From: Auanema rhodensis
Lineage: Eukaryota; Animalia; Nematoda
Length of the DNA stretch: 64,000 nucleotides
Direction: 5' to 3'
NCBI GenBank assembly: GCA_964057225.1
Contig: OZ059898.1
Location: 11,966,001-12,030,000, forward strand
The notes under the pieces: generated by a model
The model's input: only the letters and a program-made list of their open reading frames with translations
Database searches by the model: none
Told to the model about the DNA's origin: nothing
Shown: piece after piece, positions 27,007 through 41,804 of the stretch
Layout of the letters: every line of letters begins with the position of its first letter
How positions within the stretch are numbered: position 1 is the stretch's first letter
Position numbers and translations under genes: made by a program

Positions 27007-30000
27007 CCGCTTCTTCTCATTCTATTTCCCTTTTCTTCCACCTTGTACCTCTTTATCTTTCTCGATCGGTCCATCAGTCTACCTTCTATTATAAAGGGGG
27101 TTTGTAAGGGAGGTGGAAAATAATATTTTTGACAACCAAAATACAGACCGGACTTATGACTTCCATATTTGGCCATTATGTAGTTGTAATCATTTTGTTT
27201 GTTGCATATAGTAGCAGCATCACCAGGTTGGCTGGTCTGCAACAAGCCTGATGCCCCATATTGAAAATGGAACAACAACTTATGCTGTTAGCAGACACTA
27301 AAGTTGCAGTTGCAATCAAGTAAAGCAAAACAGGTTTCTGTACTAGCAGTTTCCCTCCTTTCTTTCTCTCTCTATCTCTATATCTCTCTTCCCTCTCTCT
27401 TCTGTAAAGCGTACTGATAATCCTGTTGAACTTGTTAGCTAATCTGATAAACAAAAACCATTTTCCAATTGTGGTGACTAAAAATTCTTTTTTCTTTCAG
27501 ACAGAACTCAAAGAAGAATCTGATGAAGGCGATTTGGATATGGAAGGAGAGAACGAGAACGAAACCGAGGAAATGTACGAAACAGATACGAATATCTCAT
27601 CGACACAAGCTAAAGATACAAGCACGGTCTCTACTTTTTCCTCGCTTTTTCAAGTTTATAGCCATATGATATCTCGCTTCATCTCAACGTCATCTCTATT
27701 TCAGACTTCGTCATGTCAAAGTGATAAAGATGCTTTAACCGAAAGCCCTTTTCCGGAAGGAGCTGTGAAGAGGGCTGCCGAGAAAGCAGCTCGTAGTTTC
27801 CAAAGTACACAACCCAAGGTTCGTTCATAATTACACTTCTATCTTATTTTGACTTGTTTTATCGCATGAACTTATTGATCTCATACACACTATATATAGT
27901 TTTTTCATCTACTTTACTATATTTCCACTATATATTCCATTTCTCAGTCTTTTTGACTACTGTACTTCGGAATATGAACACAAAACCATAAAAAATGGAA
28001 TTTCCATTAGACCAGACAATGGAATGTTGTATTCATAACAAGTCAAGTACCAAAATCTTCTTCAATCGGAACATCAATTTGGGATGAACGCATGGAGAGT
28101 TTTAAGGCTTCTCCTATCTCAAGGAACATCTTCTCGCTACTTTGCCATTTTTTTGTGCTCATTGGAAACTTCATGTCTTTTAGATCTTTATCGCTGTCTT
28201 ATTGCTATTGCCGCTTTTTTTGGATGTTCGTTAGAAACAACAGTCTGTGGTTGTTCTGGTTAAAAAGTTCACCTGACAACAAATCGGGCGCTTATTTTTA
28301 TGGACCATTGTTAACCTACCGGACCTTCATAGCTTGAGGCCTTCATTACCTTATGTTCTTAATTTATCTTTCAAATTGGTCTCTCGTACTCTCTGACTAT
28401 CTTTCTTCTCTCTAATCGATGACCTCAAAAAAAATTTTTTTTATGAAAAAAACGGCAGGTAAACCGTTTCTAGTCTGTTGACTTGTTGATGGGTGTGATA
28501 GATTCACAAAGAACAACGACGGTAATGAAGGAGGGGAGAGGGAGATGAGGCTGTTGAGGGGTAGTGTTGTAGCCTTTTACGAACCAGTAGCTATAATACG
28601 TTTACATGAGCTTGTCGTTCCGAATTGTGGCCCATAACCGTTCACTAGTCTCTCAATCGTTTCGCTTGTCAGAATTTCCAAAATCTCATGATGCAGACAC
28701 ACCGCACCAGGTAAAATGATGTGAAAACTTATGCGCATGCGATATAGACTTCCTGATCTCTCATGAAATCATTGAACGTTTTCGAGAGTTCGCATGATTT
28801 TTTTTGGTAACAACATGCCTAAACGTCTATCGTGGTCCTAATCAGATCAGCTTACCTTTATACCTATCATGTCTATTCTTGATAATGAAAACCTTGGATG
28901 ATCGTTTATAGTTTTCGTGATCGTTTCGAAACATACGAGGGATAAAAAAACCTTTGAATATAGATAAAGAAATTGATGAAACATACAAAATAAATGCTGA
29001 CATGCGAACACATCATCACTTGTTTCACCCATTTTAATGGTTTCTAATCAACGATTTTTTGTTCTTTAGAAGAGATGTGGAGCAAACTGTTAAGCTGATC
29101 AACTTCAGCAATAATCACTGTTATTAGTTTTTCAGCTGCTCTTGCTCAAATCAGAAAAAAACAAATCATAGATTGTAGCTTCATGATTCTGCTTCTCTGC
29201 TGCCCCTCGTTCATTCTCTCTGTCTCGTTCATTCTCTCTGTATACATTGGGTTAGCAATGAGGAAATTACAAACCGGAAGATTTGCTCTCAGTATCTTCA
29301 GGTATACAATTTCCTGAATACCGTTCAGTTTTTCATGAATTTTGAAAAAAAGGGAGAAAGAATCAGGAAAAAAAAAGATAAAAAAACTAGTATTATGCCC
29401 TGTGTTTTCCTCTCCTCTTGGTACATGTCGACTTCTGCTTTCTACCTCCGGTCTGATTGGCGAATGTCAGATGGTTAAATGGATGCTCATCTAGTCTGTG
29501 TCGTCTATATCGTCTGCTTTGAGTACTTGACAAAGTTTCTTGCTTGTTGTCTGCTAATTTGAAAGCAGCACTGTAAGGTAATCCGGACAGCGAACCACAA
29601 AGTATTAAGAAGAAGAAAGAAAGGAATATATTTTTTGAGGCAAAAGAAGAGTGACTAATAACATGAAATTGACTATATTCTTCATTCAAATGTTTTTCAT
29701 TTTCTTTTCTTCACTTCTAAACCGTTTAAAATAGGCAAGAACATTCACCTCTCTGCACTTTTCGCATAAATGAAAAAGGGCGAGTTGAGAGATAAACTCG
29801 TATCAAATAGAAAAAAAAGAGAAAAGACAAGACTTTCAGTTTGACATTCCTCTCTCTCGAAAATCCATGATAGAAGACAGACTTTCGCTTAAATTCGATT
29901 TGAACCATTATCTTCTACTTCTTGTGATTCATTGTCACCTCTTCGTTCATCCTTCTGCCCCCAACCTCTTGATACATATTGAAAAACTGTATCTTCACAG

Positions 30001-33000
30001 TCTTGTGAAATACGAAAACCGGAGCTCCAGCCTTATTCGGTATCGAACGTTTTAGAGAGAATCGGCATACGGTATGTACTTGCACTTCTGAAACAAACGG
30101 GACATAAGCGAGAGATGGTATGGAATTAAATAAAATGAGAGATGCAATTGAATATGAAAAGGAAACTAAATCAAGAGATCTGTACTTTCATTTCTGTATC
30201 CCCACCCTCTCTCTCTATCTTTCTCTCTTATTCTCTATGCAATTCTAAGTTTTTTCATTTTTCTTTTTATCATCTTCCTTGTATAAATCGTCTGGGCCTT
30301 CATGATAGCTATACCACTACACGTTGTCAATGTCCTATGGACATCACCTTTGTAGAGTCTATCGTCAACTTTCTGTCATCGTCGTCGACAGGGGCCGTTC
30401 ATGAACTGGAAGATCAGACGTCAACTTCTCGGCCAAAACAAAAGTGCAAAACGGCCGAACTAGGTGGAAAACCTGTATCATATCGGCTGGACAAATGGAA
30501 ATTTCTTCACAAACTGAGATGAATCAGGAAACTGAGTGTAAACTGAGTTTGTAAGAGAACTCATCTGCTTTTCTTGTTTAAAGAGTAATAGTGAATCATG
30601 TATGTAACAATTCATAACATTATGCTCATCAGTTTTCTCAAAATGCTGAGAGAAGAAAGCTTCAGCAGCTTTTGAATGACAGGGGTTGTTAAACCCCTAG
30701 GCTGTACTGTTTGTTCTCACGCATCTTCGATGATCAAACTTCCTTGACCAGGTTCGAGCATCTTATGAAAAGCAAACATGCCTTACGACTGACCAGCTGA
30801 TGAGGAACATAACGAAGCCGACTCGAGAGAGATAGTACGAGAAAATATGAGAGAAAACTAGAGAAAATATATGGGAGATGAACCGTTGAAAACTTAATGA
30901 AAACGGGAGCTTTGATCGCGTGTCCGAACCGGTATTGTTGTGAAGAAGTTGAAGCAAATTGCCTGCTCTTGCTCTCAGGCTTATAATCAAGCTTAATCAT
31001 CATCTTCATCTTCTTCAGATCAGATATCAAATTTCGAGATCTACACTTGAATACTTCAAAACGGTTAAAGCGTTCCGATATACATTGCGATCTGGCATCT
31101 GTATCAATCTTCGGTTTTTGAGGGAAAAGTATTAATATACTCCCATGGAAGCAAATTGTTTTACTTCATCTTATGCAAGGAAATACAATCCACTTAATAA
31201 CAGGTCTAATAAGCTTGCAACATATTTGTTTACAACCTTCTCTTAACTTCTTGCTAATATAACATTTTCTTTTTGAAATATTTTGGCCTTTTGCTGCCAT
31301 TTGTTTGTTATTGGAGCCAATGCTATGGCTCGGAATTCAGAAGTCATGTCTCTATTGACTACAGTAACAAGTCTATATGCATGAACTTGAAACTCTTTTT
31401 ATTATTTTTGATGTGACTTGTTCACTTCAGTGTTTGTTTTTTTCTTTTCCACAGAAAAAAAACGCTATTGGAATTTGGAAAAAACGAACGTCTCGGGATA
31501 ACAACTGTTTTGGGTCTAATAACAAGCTAATATTTGTTTAAGAACTACCGTATTTTGGATAGATGAGTTAATTTCTGCTATTTTTTTGGCACTTCTCCAG
31601 TAGTGTCATCCGACTTTCTTTCTTCTTTTCGTACAAACTCTTACTCTTCTTGGGAAGATTTCGCGAGAAGAGAAGGCAAGACTCAGAGACGGAAAAGCAA
31701 GAGAAGGCCGATATACAGGAGGTGCTGGATACCTGTTTTCCTGTCCCGGCATATATATAGAGAGAGAATGAGAAAATGAGAGACTGAAGATGATGGAACA
31801 GCTCCTATCCAAATATTTTGGCAAACGGCAACAGAGCATCCTGCGAAAACGTACGGTGCGAGAGAAGGGGCCAGTAGCCATGACACAACTTTAGTCATCT
31901 CCAAGTCAAAGCATCTTTTTGACATATTTTTCATCAATAATAATCATTTTTTTGCAAATTGAGCACAGGGTAACCAATTATATATATACGAAACAAAAGT
32001 TAGTAGGCAATAGTCTCGAATGCAATTCAACTACTATTCAAGATTTGTTGGTATTTTTGCTAAAAATGTGCTATGTTGATTGGGATGAACAAGCGTGAGA
32101 ATGGGCATATTAGGCGAAGCGCGAGAAAATTGACACGTTGTTTAACAAACGAAGTCGGAATTTCACAACAATTATTACCGATTCAACATCTTCTTTTTCT
32201 GGCAATATTTACAAATGAAATATCTCATAGTTTAAGAGGGGGGGGGAGAGATGTCTTATGCTAATGGTCTTTATTTTATCGTCTTTTTCCTCATAGTAGT
32301 AGCTTAAATTTAGGTATTTCCGGTTTTAATTTCCATGTAAATTTATGAAGAGATTGTAATGTGCCTGAGTAAAGATTGAAAACCGTACGAAAACCATATG
32401 ACTTCAATCCGACAGCCGGTCCGTTGAAAGCCTAGGCCGGTTCCCGTATTTCCTGTTGTGTTCTCGTGGATTGTATTGGCTCCCATATTATGTTATCTCT
32501 CTCTCTTTCTCTCTTTCTCTCCATTTCTCTCATTATCTCTCTTTGTTCAGTTTATTTTCATGTTCCTCCTAGTTCATTCAAAACTGTATAGATTTTTTTC
32601 CTGAGTAACATGAAATTTGACTGAAAAATTGGCAAATACCAGTAGTGATCTAAGTATTGTGTATGACATTAACCAGTTTTGGTCTGACTGTTTGTGCCGT
32701 TTTGTCGAGTGTGGTCGAGAATTGTAGCTCTACTCCCCTACCAGCTCTCTCTCTCTCCTTCCCCCCTCTCTCTCTCTCTCCATCTCTTTATGACTTCATT
32801 TCTCTGTGTTGATGTGCATGTTTCAAAACCAGGTCCTAGAGACCTAGCATAGAAGAGCGTACAAACGAATGAATACACTCACGATCAAGAAGAGATAGTT
32901 AAATGTCAGTTAGTCAGATAAACAACTGAACTAACTATAACAGTGAAAATTAAAATATAACTGTTTAGTTTGGCAGCACTTCCTCTGTGAATGATTTTGA

Positions 33001-34635
33001 CAGTTGATTGCGATGGGGGGTGGGTGCAAAAATAAAATGTAACATACTATAATTCGAATTTTGATGTCAGAAAGAAAAAATAGAAAAACACCGTGAGAGA
33101 GAAAGGAAGAGAGGAAATAAACGATTGCTATACATAGTAATGGTTAGAGTAAAATCGTTCTCTATTATCTTGTTTTGTAAAATCAACTTATTGGCGGTTA
33201 GGTGAACTGTTAAAATATATTGGCAAAGGGACTATTAAACGATGTGATTGAGATCGAAAATTATTTTTAGGCTCATGTTCATGCTATTCTATGATTTCAT
33301 ATTTGCTATTTCAGGTTTTCGCTTGGCAGATGCTTCGTGAATCTGTAACTGATGATGAACTTAGGAATGTCCAAATAAGCTTAAGAACATTTCACGGTGA
33401 AACCGCATCTCATTTGCTTTCTAGACAACTACCAAAGGTAAGAATTGGAATGGAAAATCTGAAAATCATCTAATCTCAATTTCTAACGGGTCACTGTATG
33501 TGCATACTGTATGACTGATTAGAGAAGCAAATGCATATTTTCGTTCGGGTTTTGTCTTTCAATCTTTTCATCTGACGAATAGCCTGAACGTGAACCTTCA
33601 AAAGTACAAACATGAGAGAGCTTGAACAGGAGAAACTAATCGAAACAGGAGAAAAGATGAATGATCTAAATTCGGGAAAAAATTGATCAATGGTCCATCA
33701 TCATCTGAAACCTCTACATAGTTCTTGCCATCTAGCTCACATCTTGTCTCTCGTTCTCTTTCTCTCTTTCAATACTCAATACTCGAACTAACGATTGTGT
33801 CTCTGCACTTAATTTGGAAAGTACCCTGAGACCTGAATTTCGAACGCATCTTCTACTTGGCTACCATTTGAACAAGCGGTTCTCTTACTACTAGCCACTG
33901 TACTCTTGCTTATCTAAATTCAAACTGCCATCAAAAGAGCCTATTGTCCAAGGTCAAACGAAATTTGCGGTAAAAGATATGAATTAGACTGTATGTGAGG
34001 GGTTCTAAGGGAACAACACAATATGGTTTTTTTTCTGAATAGGGGGAAGTTTGAAGAACCACAATATGAGTTTGAAAAAAAAGCGAAAGTCCGTAACGTA
34101 CAATACATGCACTACAACAACAAGAATCCGGAAACTTTGAGCATGAGCGCCTGAACTGAACATAAGATGATACAGATGCCATTCTTTAACTAATTTCATC
34201 AATTGAAAAGATTATCAATATTTGTTTTCAGATACGTCTAGTGGTTGAGGCTACGATGAGATATTTCAAATGGGATCAGCTGGCTGAGGAAAGTCAGTTA
34301 GCTAAAGCTAAGCTCTTATTAAGTCATTTGAAAAATAATGCTAAAGTTCGAAACTGGACTCTGAGAGAAGGACGACCTCAAAGGTATGTGATTGTTTTTT
34401 TCTAAATTTTTTAATCAAAATTTTGATCATAACTGCCGAAAGAAACTAGTCTTGTAGTTCTTTTTAATTTTCTTTCTCTTATCATCATACTAGTATCTGT
34501 TTATAACTCAAAAAATTAAATATTTTTGCGTATTCTTTCCTGAATCATAATAGACTTCACAATCCGGTTCATTACTCTTTTGCTAAGCAAAACTTGAAAT
34601 CTTTTTAGCCTTCCTCTTCAATTGTCTCACTCTCT

Positions 34636-34675
<40 letters not shown>

Positions 34676-35747
34676 AAATAAAAAGCATTTTTTACGATTA
34701 ATTGAGAAAAAAAATGATTGAAAAGAACGTTCAAAAAAAGATTTCACGAAGCGTTTTCCTCAATTCTTATGTATAGATGTTCTATTTGGGATCTGAAGCG
34801 AAATTCAACCACGTTTCGCTTCAAACAACAAGGAGGTCGAATCCAGCCCAGTCGCCACGTATATATACATTAATGGTTATCTTCATTAATGGAAAACAAT
34901 TTTGTATAAAAAATCTGTAATATTTACTTCAATCTCTTTCTCCCTTACACATAGACACACTTACTCTCGTTTTCACGCTTATGCTTCAATCCTCAAATCT
35001 TTAAAAATTATTTTCTTGGGGGAATTACATAACCTCATCAATTGTTGAAAGAATACCAAAAGAAAATACTAGCCATTTCTTAGAAAACAAACAAAAATAG
35101 AATTTTTCTTCAGCTTAACTGTTCTTTTCTCACTTATTCTTATCTTATTTTTAGAAATCTTATGATTTCTCTACTTATCTATCTATCTGCTCAGCATCTC
35201 CTTCTGAAAGTTAGATGATGCTGACTAGTTCTTCTATACAAATGGTCCAAATGTAAATGCACTTTGATAACTCGTTTCTTGTCTTCTGAAGTTAGACAAA
35301 GTCCGAGTGCAAATTGGCGTCATCTACCTAGACATCTATCTACTTACTCATGTTAGAACTGTCGAACCGTATTAAGAAAGAAAAAAATATTCGTCTAAAA
35401 TAAAAGAAGAAGGGGCGAAGATGGTTCGAAAACAGAAAAACTTGACTTTCGAAATATTTTTTAACATTCAAGAGTTCAGAAAACAAAAAAAACGAGATAC
35501 TTTGAATACTACATTCGGTATCTATTTCTTTATATATATCCTTTCCTTTGTCTGTATTCATTGATTTTTTGAGTTCATTCTTCGATTTGTTTCAACATTT
35601 AAACCAATTTTTTTCAGAGCTCCTTCAAGTACAACAACTAATACTCCAAGTATTGATTTAATGTGGAAGCGATATGCTGCTTTGTTGGGACCAGGAGGAA
35701 TGGCAGCTATTGGAATGATGCCATCAATTAATCAGCAATCAATGTAG
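24946..35747 (+). CDS. sel-7: SEL-7-like nematode nuclear protein (coiled-coil N-terminus, acidic/PEST region, probable BEN domain)
   Basis: Exons at ~24946-25094, 25153-25261, 27501-27625, 27705-27818, 33316-33436, 34231-34383 and 35618-35747 join in frame. The product includes ...[30 protein letters not shown]...[56 protein letters not shown]...[20 protein letters not shown]...NQQSM*. The gene model is solid; the symbol rests on recalled similarity to C. elegans SEL-7. Confidence 0.7.
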
Positions 35748-36520
35748 ACTTTCTGAAATGTTCACCAGAAGCCATTCTGTTCGAGTCTTTCGTCTTATCT
35801 CTTTGACAATTCGGCAATAGATTCGACTTTCTTTCACAACAAATGCACATTATATCCATAGAGTATTGCCTAATCGTCAAAGATTATTTACTTCAAATTC
35901 TGCTGAACTGACTTCCATGAAGTCATGTATGCCATCAATTCTCCATCTTTTGATTGTCTTCTCGGTTCGTGAAGTATCGCTATTGTATACAAGTATATCT
36001 AACTGTAAAATATTTCTAATTGAAAATAGCCGTTGACAATGACCGACGATCTTTCTCCTGCCCATCATCATCCCGTAGATTTTTTCCTTCAAATTAATAT
36101 ATATCCATATGCACATTTTTGCGATTAAGAAGAGTATCATCATCATTTTGCCCTTATTACATTTCAAATTGTCTGGTTTTTTTAGGCTTTTCACTGATAT
36201 ATGTATATTCATTCTTTCCACTTATTTGTGTAAATGTAACGTCATCTTGTCCAATCTCAAGCGGCTTCTCAAAGTCTGTAATAGATCATCAGGAGCTCAT
36301 GCTTCACTTATCCATATTCTTATTCTTAGTACATATATTCCACATTTTTCATATCTTAATATGTTATTAGCCTTTCATCACACAATCTTATATTCTACTG
36401 AATGTTAAAGCCGCGTCTCGCTGAGTCTCCGTTTCAAGCCATGTTCCATGTACTGACTTTCCGTCCATGTGTTTCCGAACTTCGCATAATCAGGGTATAC
36501 ATGAGAAGTTGAACAAGAAA

Positions 36521-36584
<64 letters not shown>

Positions 36585-38042
36585 TCCATCCTCTAACTAC
36601 TTTCTTACACCCTCATCACTTAATATTATATTAATAAAATAGCCAAAAAACTCGCAATCCATTCATAATAGTAATATTCGTTTGTTCCATCCACTAACTA
36701 CCTCAACAGATCTGACATTCGGTTCCAATTCGGTTCATTTTTCCATTCAAATTTCAGTCATGTCTTTGTAACGCTTATTATCTTTGTTTTACTCTAGAAA
36801 GTGTTTTTTCGTATGTAAATACTATATATATATATATATATAGTATTTATATATAAATATATATATAAATCTATAAGTCTACTTCATTTTGATATATTTG
36901 ATAACACACAAGCACAGTATAAACTATATAAACAAACATATACAGGTTATAATTAATTTCCGTTTGAAATTACACTTAAGGTGTCCTTTCTATTAATCTT
37001 CTTATTCATCAACTTCTACATATTCTTCCTTTTCATGTTTCGGAAAATAGTTCATTTGGAACTACTAGTTGAGAGTCTGAATATTTGAAATACAAATGCG
37101 TAATGACTACGATGTACTTTCTCAATCAAAAGTTTTTTCGGTTTACTCCTAGAAGTCCATTAAATATCAAAATTATCCTCAAATTATTTATTAACTTTAG
37201 CAACTGGTCATGATGGACATGGCCAAGCTTGTCAGGCTGGTTTTAGCCGTCTTTTCCGAGGACAGTAAACTTTATTTGAAATTCACAACCGAGACCTGCC
37301 TATAGTCATGAACAACAGACTAGGTATTTGAACAAGACATGATGGTTTGGTATAACAGATCAGTCAATGTCGTTATACCCAAACAGACGTTGCACTGTTT
37401 TACTGAAACTTGAGGTGGAAATTGTGGGAATGGATGATGTTTACAACCATCACAGCATCACATAATAAAGATTTTCCATGATGATTCTCGACAGTGATTC
37501 CGGTAAAACAACAATTTACAGCAAACTGAGATTATTTGAAGAAATAATTTCATGACAGGCGTGAACGATAAATGATTTCCATGATGTTTTCCAGAAACCT
37601 GATATTAAAAGAGAAAAATAATAGAAATATAACAAGTGTGTGAGAATATAAAAAGAAAGAGAGAGAGAGAGAGAGGAAGAGATATGGCTATGATTTTTAC
37701 TTGAATACCTGCGTAAACAGCATGATCAGCTATACAAAACTTCTCAATTGCTGATACCCACAAATCCAATTACTACATCAACGTTCAGAGAATTTCAAAT
37801 AAAACCAGTTTTATCCGAGACAATTGCATAAACTGTTCATATAATTTCTCTCTTTCGATACATTATGAATAATCAAGTTGTAAGCTTGAACGTAAAGGTG
37901 TGCGGAGAGCATTTCGTGACATGCTAAATCGCCGGCGATGTAGTCACAATACACACATTGTGGTCAATCTTATGAATTACACAAGAAAATCAGGAGAGGA
38001 AACAACATAACACAAGACCGATTTCATTTATTCTCTTCACTT

Positions 38043-38076
<34 letters not shown>

Positions 38077-39927
38077 CGATTTTTCATTCATCTTTAGTTC
38101 TCCCATCACATCTTTTCTTTCCGATTTTCTTATAAGCTTACAAGCAGTGTCTGTATTGCTTAACATATTTAACCGTTATATTTCTCTATCTCTCATTGCA
38201 TCTGATCTTGCACTCTTTTCTTTACTTATTCTGTCTTTGGCTCAAACGTTCATATGCAGCATCATTCTGATAAGTTGATGAATTTCCTATAGATTCTATG
38301 TTTACACTCTCCAAGCAGCTTTGAGCTGTCTAACGCATGAGTCTCGTCGCTCAGATGATTCTCGAACGAGTCATACCTGATCGTTCAAACAGTCTCACCG
38401 ATTAGCCAACTGACCACGAGTAGCTCTGGCAAAAGCAAAAAAGAAATCTAAGTAAATGCGAGGGAATGAAGCATTATCTGAAGCAATTGAAAACTTTTCA
38501 TCCGATCTACTATTTCTCTACGAAGAAAAGCTTATTATACAGCAATCAACACGATACACGTGCTTGAACACAAATACTCCATATAATCTTGAACCACTAC
38601 TAATTAGCATGCGCTGACGTCAAAGAAGGTCCGTGTCACGTCGTTTGACATAGACAACAATTTCATTTTTATTGTAGACATCAAGTACAGACAGTTGCTT
38701 TCCCATTTACTCAACACATCAGTCTTTAAATTTGTTATAAAATTGTTTTCGAATAATAAACTGTTCAACCAGTCTTCAAGTTCTACCAGTTACAAAAAAA
38801 AATTTTTTTTCGTCAATTGCTCGGGCCCAAATGCAACAAACACTTTTATTGTCAATAATAAGACAAACAACTCAAAAATTGTAATACGGTACATTCGTTT
38901 TGATTAGAAATGAGGGGACTGGTTTCACAATCATCTATCGCCAAAGTGCCATCTAAGGAATTGAATTTCGTTATTATGTTATTGCAACTGATGTTAGATT
39001 GACTGGTAGGGTACCGTGAGCGTTTGAAAATTGAAAACAACACGGGGAACAGGTTCATAACCTAAATGCAACAACATCATAAGCACAGTAGTACCATTCT
39101 CACAACTGCCTTTACCATGATACATTAGATTAAAACTTTGACAAACTAAGGGTTTGGAATTTTTTGAGTTTCTTTAATCTTCATTAGTAGCCATTTTTCA
39201 TGAGTTCAAAGTCAACCATGTTCTTTTTCACGTTTTAAAAGTCTTTTCATTGTAATCAGCTCAACAGGAAAGATCAGTACAGTCACAGTGCGCCTGAAGC
39301 TGAAAAATACAAGAATCGCTAACAGACTGAACAGATTGGTTCTCGGAATATGTACTTACATGAAAAATACTTTTCCTTGAGCTAAGCCTGTTTTAGGTTT
39401 ATTCACTACTCTGACACAACACGGCAAAACAGCTAGCTCTGAATTCACAAATAAATACTAGACAGCCGGTTTCATTGTGAAAGAGCTGCTTTGGCATGAG
39501 ATCAGTACCTACATAAACATTGAAATATCTATATCAGTAATTTTAAAATCCAGAAAGAAAGGAATTTTCCAAACTTCTAAATATTTGGAGTTCAATCAGA
39601 ATGTTATACAAACAATCAAATTTGAAATTAAATTTTATGAGGGAAAACAGTTCGTATATCACAACTACAGTTCGGAATTCATCTTCAGCGTTGGTTCTGA
39701 TGAGGATAATGATAAACATGAGGTATCAGCTTTACGTTGGAGGAGGAAACGTTGTCGACAGAGATAATCCTGAAAAAGCCGAAATTAGAGGTTTGTAACT
39801 CGTTGGACTTCTAGAAGAGTATGACAGCAAATTTGCCACCAATGTTTATCTAAAACCACTCGTGATTCTGCATTGAACTTAATACAATCACGAGCTATTC
39901 TTATCAATCAATTTGAACAAAAATTAT

Positions 39928-41804
39928 TTAAAACAAGGGACTACATACATCTAATTTCTGGCGATTATCTGACATGAACCAGTCGATCACTTCATCTTCA
40001 TATTCTGATAAAATCAATTCACATTGTTGTTTCAGATGTTGAACCTCAGCACCAACGGAATCCCACATTTCATCTGGTAAACCCAAATCTACCTGAAAAC
40101 TCCAGTTTATTTGATAATTTCCAAAACCTTCAATTGTGGTCCAAACAACAAGTTGATAAGGAGATATAAAGTTAACTATTTGAATTACGATTTCTTCGTT
40201 TAGTTATGCAATAAATTACTCAAATATCATGGAACTCAGTAAAAACTCCCAGATTGAGGCCATATCTTCCTTCTATACCGTACCACAAATGTGTACATGT
40301 ATGTGTGGACAATGAACAAGTAAATTGCACAATACCATAATTGACAGTCCAAAAAACAACATTTGCGATAGATGAAGCGGAAAGCCGCAAGTAAAATAAG
40401 CTTTGCGGAAAGGAGACGCAGATGAATCGCCTAGTGAAACTGGTTCAGCAATAGCCACAGGCGCGAGAAGTCCATTATAACATCATAATAATACCAGACA
40501 GGACTTCAACAATCAAACCACTTTGAATCTCATTCCAAACATCAAGATGAGGGACTTAATTCCCAATTTTGGTCTGGCTGATAACCTGATGTTAGTAGTA
40601 TCATTTTAGATGCTTGTCCAGTTGTTTTTTTATATGATACGCATACGGATAACAGACCGCGTTATCATAAAATCTGTTTGGCTGCTCCGGTACACAATAC
40701 GAAGAACACAGTGCTTATGTCACTGTTTTGAGACCAACAGGATTCTTTTAGAGGCTCAACATAGAGCCAAAACTAGTTAAAAGGTAAACTTCAAAATACC
40801 GGATTCAAAAAAATCTGTTGTTCTAGACAATCTAATGTCTACATAACAGTTTTGCCATTTGGCAAGGATGTCAATTCATACAAACAATTTATGATAATTT
40901 ATGAAAATTTTCAATTGGTTTTGCAATTGCATTTCCATGATCCAAATTTCAAAATGATGATGTTGGACTTGGAAATTAGAAGAGAGGACTTTGCGATTGG
41001 TCAGACCGGTCTAAACCAGAAGGTAAGAGATGCGTAATTGAGGTGCGGATGACATCGCCAAACGCGCCACTGGACACGCATATGCGGCATGAACCTGGTT
41101 TTGCGTTATTGGACATGACTAGTATGCGAAAAAGGGCACGATGAGCCAATTAACTTGTCAAACTGTTTCCTGAATGGTTCGTTACAGTTCAGAAGTTCTC
41201 TAACTTTACTAGAATTTTTCACCGAGGGAACATCAATTCTATCCAACAGAGCTTTGAGTATAATTAATCGAACTTGATCAAACATCCAACCTTTACACCT
41301 TGTGCCCGCAGTTTTTTCAATGTCTTCATAGTTTCACTTTCTTCTTTAGCAAACCGCTGAAGACCAATTTTCTCTTTATGAACCTGTAAGCAAGGTTTTC
41401 AACTTGGTCCAAAATAATGTTGATGATACCTTATATACCAACATAACATTACAAAAATCTTGAATAGCATCTAGAATTTCAGATTCAGATTTCTGAAGGT
41501 AGTTTTTCTTTTGTTGATATCTTTATAATTTTACATACCGTATACAAACGAGAAGCTTTATTCTCTATTTCTCGAGCAAAAACTGCACAAGATTCACAAG
41601 GTGTAGGAGGCTCTACATCGCTATAGTCATTAGATAAACCACAAGATATAAAAGAAAAGAGCAATCTATGAAATTATGCTTAGGTTAATGAGATAATTTT
41701 TGAGTTTGAACATACAAACATTGAACAAATTTGGAAAAGTTATTCAGACTTGGGAGAGTCTTGCTCCATCGGCTCATCTCCATCATCTGTGGCGAATGGA
41801 ACAT
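39928..41804 (-). CDS. Canopy (CNPY3/4-like) saposin-B ER chaperone protein; 3' end uncertain
   Basis: Contains PTPCESCAVFAREIE, KSESEILDAIQDFC, VHKEKIGLQRFAKEESETMKTLKKLRAQGVK and VDLGLPDEMWDSVGAEVQHLKQQCELILSEYEDEVIDWF, matching the CNPY3/4 pattern (RYAKG.SETF.TL..L..KGVKV...IP.ELW). Exon 1 (41804-41716) lies in the +1 frame of the mdt-31 last exon, followed by a 50-nt intron (41715-41666). Confidence 0.85.

Noticed and set aside
34794-34823. Perfect 10-bp inverted repeat TGAAGCGAAA/TTTCGCTTCA in the last sel-7 intron
   Set aside because: Too short for a miRNA precursor or MITE, and plausible by chance in 64 kb.
37345-37384. Hairpin GTTTGGTATAAC...GTTATACCCAAAC
   Set aside because: The stem is only about 12 bp, does not extend cleanly to pre-miRNA length, and matches no miRNA I recognise.
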